Assembly (NCBI GenBank): GCA_965237685.1
Contig: CBDEGF010000004.1
Location: 3,743,496 to 3,807,495, forward strand
Direction: 5' to 3'
DNA: 64,000 nucleotides
From: Candidatus Marinacidobacterales bacterium
GTDB taxonomy: Bacteria; Acidobacteriota; Vicinamibacteria; Marinacidobacterales; SMYC01
Shown: in pieces, positions 54,170 to 63,971 of the stretch
How the letters are laid out: the number at the start of each line of letters is the position of its first letter
Position numbering within the stretch: the first letter of the stretch is position 1
Made by a program: the position numbers and the translations under genes
The notes under the pieces: model-generated
Databases searched by the model: none
Told to the model about the DNA's origin: nothing
Seen by the model: only the letters and a program-made list of their open reading frames with translations

Positions 54170-54491
54170 ATGTCCATCATTCCTCAGGCCTGGGTCCAGG
54201 TCCTTCGCCCGGGAGCATGGCATCCCGTTTCTGGACGTTTCCCTGAGCACTTGAAGGAGGCCAAAGTATTGATTGAAAGGTGGCGGCGAGAGTTCAATCG
54301 CTTCAGACCCCACAGCTCGTTAGGTTACCGACCGCCAGCTGACCGAGCTGCACCTTCAAAACACGCTTCTCCTCCTGCAGATACTCAAGGACCTTCTGCT
54401 GCTCCTGATTCAGCCAACCGGCCAGGAACGAAACCAGGGAGATTGGTGGCAAGACAAATGGGCTCATCGCAAGCATCTTAGCCGAAGTCAC
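54170..54491. other. convergent IS fragments: IS3/IS481-type transposase C-terminus (+, LKEAKVLIERWRREFNRFRPHSSLGYRPPA) and an IS481-type N-terminus (-, LAGWLNQEQQKVLEYLQEEKRVLK)
   Basis: Short motif-level matches only; both truncated. Confidence 0.4.
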
Positions 54492-54604
54492 TTACCGCTG
54501 CCGAAGATGACCAGCTGAGTTCTTGCACCATAAGGGTCACCTCATCCGAGCTCAAGCCTCTCAGCCGAAAAGAATCCCACACCTCGCATGCAGCCACCTT
54601 CCAT

Positions 54605-55944
54605 TCATTCATCGTCTATCTGAAATAGATCATCTTCTGGCTTACCCTCGGCCCGTCGCTTGACGGCCTTCTCAAACGCTGTCACCGCTCTCAATTGTTC
54701 AGTTGAGAGCGCTTCCCTGTCGATACTAGCGACCGCTCCCTGTATTGCCTCAATTGAAACGAATGACTCGATTTGGGATAGCTTAATGTACCAGTGAGTC
54801 TGGTACACGTGGTCGTCTATGCCATGGCTGCGGTCCTGCAATAGGAACCGCTCCAGGAGTTCCGCGACACCCTCGGATGTGCGGATCCGCTCTTCACAGA
54901 ATTGCTTCGGCTGGTCTGAGTCCCCCGCCCATTCGTGCCACTTGTAGAGAATCGATATAAAGTGGCGAGAGCGAATGAATGTCCCGTCAGCTGCGGCACG
55001 CCTGATCTTTTCGACACACAGCGCTTTCAGCTTCTCCATCGCGTCAGGATCCAAGAAGCGTTCAGCTGGCTCCTCTATTTGTCGCTCCAACTCGAACGAT
55101 ACGATATGCATCGGTAGGGCCAATCCCTCCGTCTCTGTGACGGCGTCGACGATTACGTCCGTGCGCTCTGCTTCGGTGAACGCGTCCTGCTTGAGGTACC
55201 AGTACACGATCCGTCTAGCATGCATGTGAGCCGATATCTCGAACATTCCGTCTTGGTCGTCGGGAATGTCCTCGCTGATATCAAACAGGGCCGTAACGAA
55301 TGCCCTTGCATGCCGGGATCGATTTTTTGTTTATAGGCTTCGAGGCGTTCCAACGTGACCTTCAGGAGGCCATCTGCCGCGAGCCGTTGGAGGGCTGTCC
55401 GAAACGCAGTCCGGTCGTGTGTCGCCACTAGGAGGTTCACGATCTCCGTCTCGGAAATCTCACCCTCTGGTGTGGTGAGCACGAAGTACCGATCGAAGAT
55501 GTCGTCCGAGCACACTCGGAGGTCGAGTTCCCAACTCTCGTCGAGCGTCGAATCTGTGGAGGGAAATAGCTGCTTGACTATCTCTTTTACCTGCGCCTCA
55601 CGACCTTGCGAGGCGGCACTGACGATCGTACGCACAGCCTCGCGTGCTTGGTCGTTCTCGTGCCGCTCCGTGAGCGCTGCTTTGTTCTCGCGAATGAAGC
55701 GGTGAACTGCAGGCTCGAACATCCGGAGAGTCTCAAGAGCAATAAGATCTATCGGGTTGACTTCGAAAGCCTGCTGGCTCCGAAAGACTGCAACGTGGAA
55801 AGAGAGCGTTGACAGAAACCGTTTGACGGCGCGCAGTGTCTGAAAATACGGCTTGAGCCCGCCGAAAAAGAGATTGCCCCATCGAGTCTGGTCGAAGCGC
55901 CGAGCAACTTCGACATCAGCCATGAGCTCGTTTAGGCTGCTCAA
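54605..55944 (-). CDS. hypothetical protein of about 445 aa, split over two frames near 55230
   Basis: ORF 55153..55944 (TTG start; ATG at 55923) and ORF 54605..55246 read as one continuous soluble protein (…LEAYKQKID / EISAHMHARRIVYWYLKQ…). No P-loop or other motif I can name. Upstream in-frame stop at 56044. Confidence 0.4.
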
Positions 55945-56041
55945 AAGGACGCGTCGGATCTTGATTGGCTCGATGGCGGGAATGTCGAACGGTGCCTGGA
56001 TCCCGTCTCCGTGGGTAACCCACGGGGGTGTGCTGTTGCCG

Positions 56042-56848
56042 ATGTATCAGTCCGAGGCCTTATGGATAGGACTCGACGGGACCTGGGTCGATAAGCACGG
56101 CACCGAGTACCCGTTCGCGGTGAAAGTCGCTGCGGGAAAGATCGACGCGGTCACGGGCAAGACATGGACGAACGACCTTGGCGCGAGCCCGCAAAACTAC
56201 ATGGTCGTCCCGGAACAGCCGTGGCTCGATGGCTTCTGTGTCGACAAGGGCATCATTCGGCAATTCGTGGCAATGCCACTGGGTGGTGGATACACAGCCG
56301 AGGAACAGGTGACCGGGAAGGCTGAGTATGGTGGGCTCCAAATCCTCGTACATCCCATGCGACGAGACGCGTTCGAGCGCCGATTCCCAGAGCGCCCCGC
56401 CGGAGGGTATGCGCGCGAATCAGAGGGCCACGTTTGCTTCAGCCCCCCGAGCGCTGACATGGGGCTGGCCCCGGGTGGGCGGATGAATCAGGAGATATTC
56501 GAGGACCCCTTCGGCATCGACGAGTGGGATAGAACCGCAGGCAGTCGCTGCTACGTGCACATGGCCAACTCACTGGTGTGGGAAGCGATCACCGGAGAGA
56601 AGCCTCCCACACCCCCGCCGACCGCGAAGACCTATACGGACAATGGACTGTCTTGGTTCGACTACTACGCGGAGGGAAGCAAAGCGCTCGACGGCGCCGA
56701 GGAGCTCAAGCGACTCAAGAGCGTCCTTGAGATGGGGAATCAAAAAGGCGACACGCCCCTCCCGGAGAACGAATCCGTCACGCCGGACCGGGTGATACGG
56801 TATCGCGGCGGCCGGGCCAAGAGACAGGTACGTGACGGAGCGTTTTAA
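56042..56848 (+). CDS. hypothetical protein (269 aa), divergent from the 54605..55944 gene
   Basis: ATG at 56042 after a 100-bp divergent intergenic gap. High GC3 and non-repetitive composition (…EQPWLDGFCVDKGIIRQFVAMPLGGGYTAEEQVTGKAEYGGLQILVHPMRRDAFERRF…). No recognisable family. Confidence 0.4.
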   Translation: MYQSEALWIGLDGTWVDKHGTEYPFAVKVAAGKIDAVTGKTWTNDLGASPQNYMVVPEQPWLDGFCVDKGIIRQFVAMPLGGGYTAEEQVTGKAEYGGLQILVHPMRRDAFERRFPERPAGGYARESEGHVCFSPPSADMGLAPGGRMNQEIFEDPFGIDEWDRTAGSRCYVHMANSLVWEAITGEKPPTPPPTAKTYTDNGLSWFDYYAEGSKALDGAEELKRLKSVLEMGNQKGDTPLPENESVTPDRVIRYRGGRAKRQVRDGAF

Positions 56849-57664
56849 CGGCCACTCCCCGATATCCAGTCACTGGCATCCCTGATCCCAGCTGGATAGA
56901 AAACGCAATTTGGGATACGCGCAGGACTCACAGCCAAACTTGACAACGGGCTCAGTCGTACCAACGTTGAGCCGACCTCTGAGCCGGTGCCACCTCCAGA
57001 GACTACCGCGTTTCATTCATTCGGGGTGGCCGTCAGATCGTGGAAAACTTGACAGCAATGGCACCGCCCGCGTGGGCGGAGGTCATCGGGGAGTGACCGA
57101 AATCGTTCGTTCACTCGAAAGTACCCGCACCGGCCCTGGGACGTAGTCTGGAAGCAGCCCGGCCCATGCGGAGCACGGCGATCTGCGCGAGGGTGTGAGA
57201 CTTCGATGAGCCGCGTCCGCCACGCGCCGATTTGTACCGCGCCGACCGGAGGAACGGCTTAGCCCACCTTGGGCTCGTCGCCCGGCCCAGGCCCGGGGCC
57301 GTCGGTTGCGCCGCCCTCGGCCGAATCGACTGGGTCGACGATTGCAATTTCGAATCGCTCCTTTAGCTCGCCCGAGTGCTCGATCCAACGCGCAAAGCCC
57401 TTCGCTCTCCGTTCGAGCCACCACAATGCGCCCTTAATCTCCGGGGTACGGTGCTCCATAGTAACTTCTGTTTATTTTCGTTCCGTCAAGAATCTTGCGA
57501 ACGTGCTTTGGCGTCGAGACAAAGCTCGTGCTGGGCGATTCACCGAAATCCGTCGACCGAACACTGAAACACTGTCATATTTGCCCCCGCAGATCTGGGC
57601 GCTCCAGGGTCCCGCCCGAGATGCCCCGCCGTCATACATCTCCTGCAGAAACAGCAACAACAGT

Positions 57665-58348
57665 TCAACCTATGCCGATCTGCTCGGGCGGGTTCGCGAT
57701 GATCTCCCGCAGCCTTGCCGCAGTCAGGTCGATCTCGTTCCTAAGTTTTTTCCTCACCACATTTTTTTTGGCGACTTTGAATTCTTCCTCTAGCTTCTCA
57801 AGTTTCGCCAGCAATTCTTGCTCTTGCGCGACCCAAAGATCGTAGACGACGTTCTCCTCCTTCGTCATAGGACCGACGATGCGCGCGGTGCCGACCCGCA
57901 GGTCGAGCTTGATATCATCGGGATGCGGCAGGAGCGGCTCGGCATCGGTGATGCCGAGCCGTTCACGGCGCTTGAGTTCCTCTTCCCCAGCGATTTTGTG
58001 GTCCATAGCTACTTGGACGAACTTGTCGCATATCTCCATCTTCTCTCGCTCGATCGAGGTCAGCATCTCGGTAAAGAGCCGTTGGGCGCGAGGCTTGCCC
58101 TTGGCGGCCTCGACGGCCAGTGAGCGGATGATTACCTGTGCAGTCGGCAGCGTAACGGTGCGGTCTCCGTCGCGGACGGTGATCGTGCGATAGGCTTCTT
58201 CGAGCACGATGGCCTTCAGCCGCTCTTCAGGCCGCACGGGCTTGCGGGACTTCGCGCCCTTCGGTCGGCCGCGCGGATTCCCGGACTGGCCCTTCTTGAA
58301 GCGGTGCGCCGTTGGTGGCTTGCCATAGCCGACCTCGTCCTGTGCCAA
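57665..58348 (-). CDS. DUF5681-like protein
   Basis: N-terminus MAQDEVGYGKPPTAHRFKKGQSGNPRGRPKGAKSRK is the characteristic DUF5681 opening, a family typically seen on plasmids, phages and ICEs. Coiled-coil C-terminus. Confidence 0.55.
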   Translation of the reverse strand: MAQDEVGYGKPPTAHRFKKGQSGNPRGRPKGAKSRKPVRPEERLKAIVLEEAYRTITVRDGDRTVTLPTAQVIIRSLAVEAAKGKPRAQRLFTEMLTSIEREKMEICDKFVQVAMDHKIAGEEELKRRERLGITDAEPLLPHPDDIKLDLRVGTARIVGPMTKEENVVYDLWVAQEQELLAKLEKLEEEFKVAKKNVVRKKLRNEIDLTAARLREIIANPPEQIGIG

Positions 58349-58802
58349 AACTCGGCCCTTTTGAAATAGGCCATAAATCAGCAGCTTAGCGACTGGGCCA
58401 AGGGCCCCTAGGCTTTACAGTTACCCCACCCGCGGTCGACCTTCGAGAGCCGCGCCGTTTCACCGGACGGCAGAGGACGGCGAGCTGCTGCCGAAGAGCG
58501 ACATTGTCAAGAGCCAGTTCGCGACGAGCCTTGAAGGCGGAGATGAGAGCGCGAACAAACGACGAAATCAAGCAGGTATGGTGCCGGCAGACCGGAGACT
58601 AATCAAGTTCGGGGCGCCCGGATGAATAAATAGAAGGTACAGGCCCTCACTGCGCTCGAGCAACTCCACGGTGAGTTAGAAGAGCGGAACCAATCCGCAG
58701 CTGGCAGCCTGGAGGAAGGCCTCGAGGAGACGCTGACGAGATCTGTCCTTTACTTTGTCTATTCATGAGTCTCAAGTCCTCGCCTACTCGCTCCAACGGA
58801 CC

Positions 58803-59372
58803 CTAGTTCCCGAGCTCGTCAGAAGGTGGGACAGCAACTGGTCGAGCATCATGCCCCTCCCCCGCACTCTCCACAGCGCTTGCGGATTCATCGGGCCGTG
58901 GCGATAGTGCTCGCGAGGGTGCAGACGGCGCCTCTTTCTCCGGGGAAGATTCCTTGGCTTCGTCATAAGGAAGTCTGGGAGCCTTTGGTACATACGGCAC
59001 GAGACCTTCCATCACTTGACGATAGAAGCGTTCCACACCGTCCGCAATACCAGCGAGGACATGTACACCGGTCCGCCCACGTTTGGCCGCCAAGCCCTTA
59101 GTCCAGCTGAGTATAAAGACACGAGGCTGCGCGTCTCCGGGGATCGCCACTCGATCAGAACTCACCATGAGCGGCATGTGCCCGTCTTGAAGGGCGTCAA
59201 CCAACGCTTCTGAGTACAGCCCCCGTTTGTTCCAATCCACACGCACGCGCAACCCGTGGGGGAGGTCGTCGGTGCCAAGCTGCCGCAGCAGCCAGGTAAG
59301 CCGAGTCTTCGTTCTGCCTTCCCTCGGCGCCGGAAAACTGACCGAGAACCGTACCACCTTCCCCTGCAGCAT
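58803..59372 (-). CDS. hypothetical protein (about 190 aa) with P/S/E-rich C-terminal tail
   Basis: Probable start MLQGKVVRFSVSFPAPREGRTKTRLTWLLRQL... inside ORF 58803..59531. The ORF's 5' part overlaps repeat B. Confidence 0.35.
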   Translation of the reverse strand: MLQGKVVRFSVSFPAPREGRTKTRLTWLLRQLGTDDLPHGLRVRVDWNKRGLYSEALVDALQDGHMPLMVSSDRVAIPGDAQPRVFILSWTKGLAAKRGRTGVHVLAGIADGVERFYRQVMEGLVPYVPKAPRLPYDEAKESSPEKEAPSAPSRALSPRPDESASAVESAGEGHDARPVAVPPSDELGN

Positions 59373-59499
59373 CAACTCATCAGGGCTTCTCTGAGTTTTC
59401 GCTACATTGCCCCAACCACGCGCACGGCCAAAAGTTCGATCCTGACTCCCAAAATTGCCAAAATACCTTTTGCCGAGACCGGATGGCTCGAGACTGCAC

Positions 59500-59790
59500 C
59501 ATCCGCCACCCAGTCTGGCCAATTGTGGCACTGCAGAGACGGGTGAGATTTTCCGCGCAGTTGGCGGGGTTTTGCAGGGGTAGGTGTCACCAGAGACGCG
59601 CTAGAAGAGCTGAACTGGCCTCATTTTCGGTTTTGGTCTCTAATCTCGATTTTCGAGTGCCACGTTTGCGCCCAAATAGGAGAACGGGCGCTGACCGGGC
59701 CGTGCGGCAGCGGAAAAGAGGCCACCCGAGAGGTCCAAAATCGAGGCCGGGGTTACCGTGGCGTAGCGGGCTAGCACGTTCTGGTCCAGG
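59500..59790 (+). repeat. about 290-bp direct repeat, copy B
   Basis: See copy A. Followed at 59800-59880 by a segment shared with 25880-25935. Confidence 0.65.
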
Positions 59791-60778
59791 TGTGCCTGAG
59801 CTTCATTGATGCCCTCACTTGCCTCGGATTTTGTATCAACAAGGATCCGGCAAGGCTTGAGAGCATCCCGTCCATCGTCGCTCTCCGGCCCGTTGTTGGT
59901 CGGCCTTTCTTAGGAAATCAGCCCTTCTGTCCAAATTGCAAGATTTTCCGCAACCCTCGGCTCAGGCCCGTTCGGCGCAAAGGAAACGCTTGCTAATGAC
60001 CACGCTGGAGCAGGAAGCCGCTGCCATTCCTACCACGCCAACCCGGTTCCGCATCGCCGCAGTTCCTCTCGGCGCCGCTCGTAGTCCCTCATAACCCGTC
60101 TCCGACGGCCTGCCAGTAGCCACGGCCGTAGCCGCGGCGTAGCGGACTAGCAACGTTGTGGCATCGTCGGGTCGACCGGTACGGAAGCCGATTGCGGCAG
60201 GTCTAAACCGCGCAATCAACGCCGGACCGACTTTTTGCGGAGCACAGGTGGAAATACTGCACGCTGTCGCCGCCTGGCCACCGACGCAATGACGTGCTGA
60301 ATAAAGAACGCGTTGTGCGCCGCAAGAAGCTAGGTGATCGGTGTCCTCATGACCGAGGATTCTAGCTTCCATTGACAAACCAAGCCTAAACACCTCTAAT
60401 CCGAAACGTCCCGGCGCGTCGGTCTTGAGTTCGTTTGTATTTTTGGACACGATGCCGTCAGGCAGTGGAAAACTTGACAGTACCGGCGTGACTGGCAAGC
60501 GCGTCGTGTCCTATCTTTCCCCAGGCCTGGATCCAGGTCTTCGCTCTGGGGGCGTGGCATCCCGTTGCTGCACGGTGTCATGCCGATGGCATCGGCTTGC
60601 TCCCGCAACGTCAACTAGTAAGAAACTCAGGGTGTAACGTTTGGGGGCAGTGACGTCAAAACCGAGCTTCCTCAGGCGTCGTGTTGAGCCGGTGCCACCT
60701 CCAGAGACTACCGCGTTTCATTCATTCGGGGTGGCCGTCAGGCCGTGGAAAACTTGACACTACCCCTCCATCGTCGCA

Positions 60779-62833
60779 CTAATCGACCCCCAGACTCTTG
60801 AACGCCGCATCTCCTGGATCCGAGTAGAAGCTGGTCTGAAATTTTGAAAACAATTCTCCAGGAATGGTCGGGATGTCCCCGACGCTCGCCATAGGAAGCA
60901 GGATTCTCTTCGCGCCGGCGTCAAATGCGACCTGAAGTGACCCGGCGAGATTTTCGACCGGAACGATGCTCCCACCGAGGCTCATACTCCCCAGCACGAC
61001 CATTTGTGATTGAACCGACTTACCGAGGATGCCGGAACAAAGAGCCACAAATGTTGCAAGCGTCATTGCCGCAGTCGGTCCTGTGTTTTGAAGTTCGACC
61101 ACATGCAAGTGAAAGTTGTGATCACCGGGTTTTACTGAGGCACTGACCGAAGAGGCATTAGCTTTGAAATAGTCGAAACCGACCTTAATACTTTCCTTTG
61201 CTGTGATATTGGACCCCACGCCGGATAATGTAAGCTTGCCGTTTCCGGCGGTGACCTGGGTCTCGATCCGGTAGACACCGAGGTGCCCACTACTACCAGT
61301 TGCGACGGTGTGAAGTACGCCAGGGTTGAGCGGGCTGTCAGGTATGAGGGCACCCCCTCCCTGCTCAGGAACGCTGATAAACCGTTCCTCCATCGGCTCC
61401 GGGGCGATGTAGGAAAAGTGGACATCATAAAACTCCATCCCACCAATCTTCTTTAACTGCTCTTTTACCCTTCGCCGTGTCTCGAGAGCGTATTCCAGGC
61501 AGCGCCGCACGGCTTCCTCATCGTACTCTTCGTTCGGGTACAGAAGCTTAAGCAGGCCAGAGACAGTGTGCCTGACCGCGATGGTGTCCCGCTGATTCAG
61601 ATCTCGGCCTAGCTTGAAGTATTTGTTGACCGCATCGCCGAAGTTCCGCTTGCGCATCTCGCGCAGGAACTCAGCCAGATAATCGACGATCAGCCCATAC
61701 TGGTTCGTGAAGAATTCCGGCCGCATCTTCGGGATCTCCCAGCCTGGAATATAGGCGTGGAAGCGGTCGAAGAATGCGGAGTCGATCATGGCCTCTGGAA
61801 ATGGAGCCAAGAGATGGCTTGTCTTGACCAACGTGTCTACAGGCTGGTTGATGTTGCCGACGAAGACCATCGACGCATAGGCGTTCACCTGGTCGCGACC
61901 TCGGGCGAACGATCCAGACGCCATATAGTCCTTCATGATCTGAACGCCAGCATTGTCCTTGAAGCTGATTCCGGCGACCTCGTCGAATGCCACTACATCC
62001 CAGAGCCCGACCAGCCCAACGGTTCGGCTGGCCAGGTTGTAAAACAGGTTCGCAACGGTAGTCTGCCCCCCGGAGACAAGGATGCTATTCGGACTGATTT
62101 CCTTATAGATATAGCTCTTTCCGGTTCCCCTCGGACCCAACGCGCAGACGTTGTAGTTGTTCTCCACCAGCGGTACTAGACGGCACAGCAGGTGCCACTT
62201 CGTGCGCTCATCGAACTGCGTTGGCTCATACCCGCAGGAACGCAACAACACATCAATCCACTGTGCCTCGGTAAACTGACGCCTCCCGGCGAACAGTTCG
62301 TCCATGTCCATGTTCGGCATCTGGATTGGATTGAGCTCATCGACAATGAAAGGCGACCCCTTTTGCCCCTCCTCATAAAAATATTGCGTCGTAATGATCG
62401 ACCAAATCCCGCCAACCAGTAACTTCTCGTATTTTCGGACTGTCTCCGTACCGATTCCGACGCCCTTCGTTCCCAGGTTCGACAAAAGCGCCTCGTAGAC
62501 ATCTCGTTTTTCATTCAGCGTGACCGTCACCTTATCGATAACCTTCAAACTGCCCCGCTCGCGGATGGTGGATTTCACCCTTTCTGCCTCGTCCGGCCGC
62601 ACGTAGTTCTCGGAGAGGATGCGCTTCACGGTAGCCAGACCGTCCTCGATCACGACTGGGTCATTGGAGGCACAGTAGTTACCAAGCAGGTACTCGAGGA
62701 CATAGACGGGAACGTTCGCGCCTTCCTTGACCAACTTGGTCAGGTCCTTGCGCACGACACGCCCCGTGAAATGCGCATTGAGCAGATCGTCGAGGCTGGG
62801 ATCGGTTGCGGCAGTCTCAGAAGTCGAAGTCAT
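60779..62833 (-). CDS. brxL: BREX system Lon protease-like protein BrxL
   Basis: 684 aa. The N-terminus FTGRVVRKDLTKLVKEGANVPVYVLEYLLGNYCASNDPVVIEDGLATVKRILSENYVRPDEAERVKSTIRERGSLKVIDKVTVTLNEKRDVYEA is the conserved BrxL opening. P-loop ALGPRGTGKSY. C-terminal Lon-like domain (…VVELQNTGPTAAMTLATFVALCSGILGK…VVLGSMSLGGSIVPVENLAGSLQVAFDAGAKRILLP). Confidence 0.85.
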   Translation of the reverse strand: MTSTSETAATDPSLDDLLNAHFTGRVVRKDLTKLVKEGANVPVYVLEYLLGNYCASNDPVVIEDGLATVKRILSENYVRPDEAERVKSTIRERGSLKVIDKVTVTLNEKRDVYEALLSNLGTKGVGIGTETVRKYEKLLVGGIWSIITTQYFYEEGQKGSPFIVDELNPIQMPNMDMDELFAGRRQFTEAQWIDVLLRSCGYEPTQFDERTKWHLLCRLVPLVENNYNVCALGPRGTGKSYIYKEISPNSILVSGGQTTVANLFYNLASRTVGLVGLWDVVAFDEVAGISFKDNAGVQIMKDYMASGSFARGRDQVNAYASMVFVGNINQPVDTLVKTSHLLAPFPEAMIDSAFFDRFHAYIPGWEIPKMRPEFFTNQYGLIVDYLAEFLREMRKRNFGDAVNKYFKLGRDLNQRDTIAVRHTVSGLLKLLYPNEEYDEEAVRRCLEYALETRRRVKEQLKKIGGMEFYDVHFSYIAPEPMEERFISVPEQGGGALIPDSPLNPGVLHTVATGSSGHLGVYRIETQVTAGNGKLTLSGVGSNITAKESIKVGFDYFKANASSVSASVKPGDHNFHLHVVELQNTGPTAAMTLATFVALCSGILGKSVQSQMVVLGSMSLGGSIVPVENLAGSLQVAFDAGAKRILLPMASVGDIPTIPGELFSKFQTSFYSDPGDAAFKSLGVD

Positions 62834-62874
62834 CGATAATTGCTCTGTCGATAATAACGTCTAGGCTCGCCTGC

Positions 62875-63423
62875 TCAATGCCGGTGTCGGCATCCCGGAG
62901 AACCAGCCTGTATGGCGTACGTTTGTCGTATGGTCTGTCTCGCAGGGTGGGGTAAGTTCGTGGATGCTGAGCTACCCGAGAAGTGGGCTATCGATGGCAT
63001 CCAGAACCAGTACGCATTCTTCGACCGACGGGTAGCTGGACAAGTTTGGGCAGTACGCATCTGATCCGTGGATCTTGGTGGCAAGAAGTCCAGGACGAAG
63101 GAGTCATTGGCGCTCGCATGACGGAGCAGTTGCAGCACTGCGTCGGCTACGTCACCCTCCGAGTCCTGACGAACGGTGACCGGATCAAGGTCTAATTTCC
63201 CGATCCTTCCAGCCGAGACCATGCTGAGAATGTGTCGCTGCGCCTCAATGTGCCCTGGCTGGGAAGGACGCAGCGCATTCTGCATCACACTCAGCGCAAT
63301 AAGGGTGTTTTGTGGCACCCGTATCGGGGAGAGCTCAGCTTCGATAAGTGGCAACAATTTGAAGTGCGCGGCGTTCAGAATGGCCGTGACATCCGCATTG
63401 AGCCGCCACTTTTGACTTGGCAC
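62875..63423 (-). pseudogene. disrupted ORF immediately upstream of brxL; possible C-terminal remnant of the preceding BREX gene (pglZ)
   Basis: 182-aa ORF whose last about 30 aa look out of frame. A separate 57-aa frame (...RLVLRDADTGIEQASLDVIIDRAIIDDFDF*) ends in a TGA that overlaps the brxL ATG by 20 nt, typical operon coupling. No long minus-strand ORF between 62834 and 64000. Confidence 0.3.
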
Positions 63424-63482
63424 TACTGGTAGTGAACCGGTGATCCTGCCTCCGAACCGTTGGTTGACAGGACAGGGATAGC

Positions 63483-63971
63483 ATGCGGATTGTGGGTACC
63501 GTTGACCTGCTTAGCTGGCTCAGAGACACTGGGAAAATGTCGCCCGCTGATTTCGCGCAAGCGCTCAATGATATGCGGGCAGCAGACGTACGGTTCGTTG
63601 CGTTCGATGCGGACGAACTTGTTGCCGCGTTACGCGAGGCTCCGATTGAAAACGGCACACTGGTTGAGACTAAAACTCTACGTGTGCTGCGACAGTACTA
63701 CGCACGGTGTTTGCTCGAAGCGGATATACTCCGTCCTCCGCCGGGGGACAAGGAAGCGCTCAACACAGCAACAGAGTGGCATTTCCTCTTTGGCTGTGGC
63801 CTCGCTGTTGTGAAAGCCATGGTCAAGGTCTGGGAAATTGGCCCAAGCGATCGTGCGGTCGAGCAAGCCGAGTGGCTGCTAAACAACATGTATACGGACG
63901 TCGCGGTTTTCATGGGACTGCCGCACCACGGACAGAAGCCAAAGATGCATATCTTGCGAGCGCGTCGCTGA
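63483..63971 (+). CDS. hypothetical protein (162 aa)
   Basis: ATG at 63483 and coherent composition (MRIVGTVDLLSWLRDTGKMSPADFAQALNDMRAADVRFVAFDADELVAALREAPIENGTLVETKTLRVLRQYYARCLLEADIL...). The antisense ORFs here look spurious. Confidence 0.4.
   Translation: MRIVGTVDLLSWLRDTGKMSPADFAQALNDMRAADVRFVAFDADELVAALREAPIENGTLVETKTLRVLRQYYARCLLEADILRPPPGDKEALNTATEWHFLFGCGLAVVKAMVKVWEIGPSDRAVEQAEWLLNNMYTDVAVFMGLPHHGQKPKMHILRARR

Noticed and set aside
56060-56353. Minus-strand ORF that could extend the 54605..55944 gene upstream as a KAP-type NTPase
   Set aside because: It is in a different frame from the 55944 gene, an in-frame stop at 56044 terminates the upstream reading, no P-loop is present, and it is antisense to the better-supported plus-strand ORF 56042..56848.
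57259-57459. 66-aa minus-strand ORF downstream of the DUF5681 gene as a small gene
   Set aside because: It could be real (MEHRTPEIKGALWWLERRAKGFARWIEHSGELKERFEIAIVDP), but it is short, lacks a clear RBS and ends in a Gly/Pro run. There is insufficient evidence to list it as a feature.
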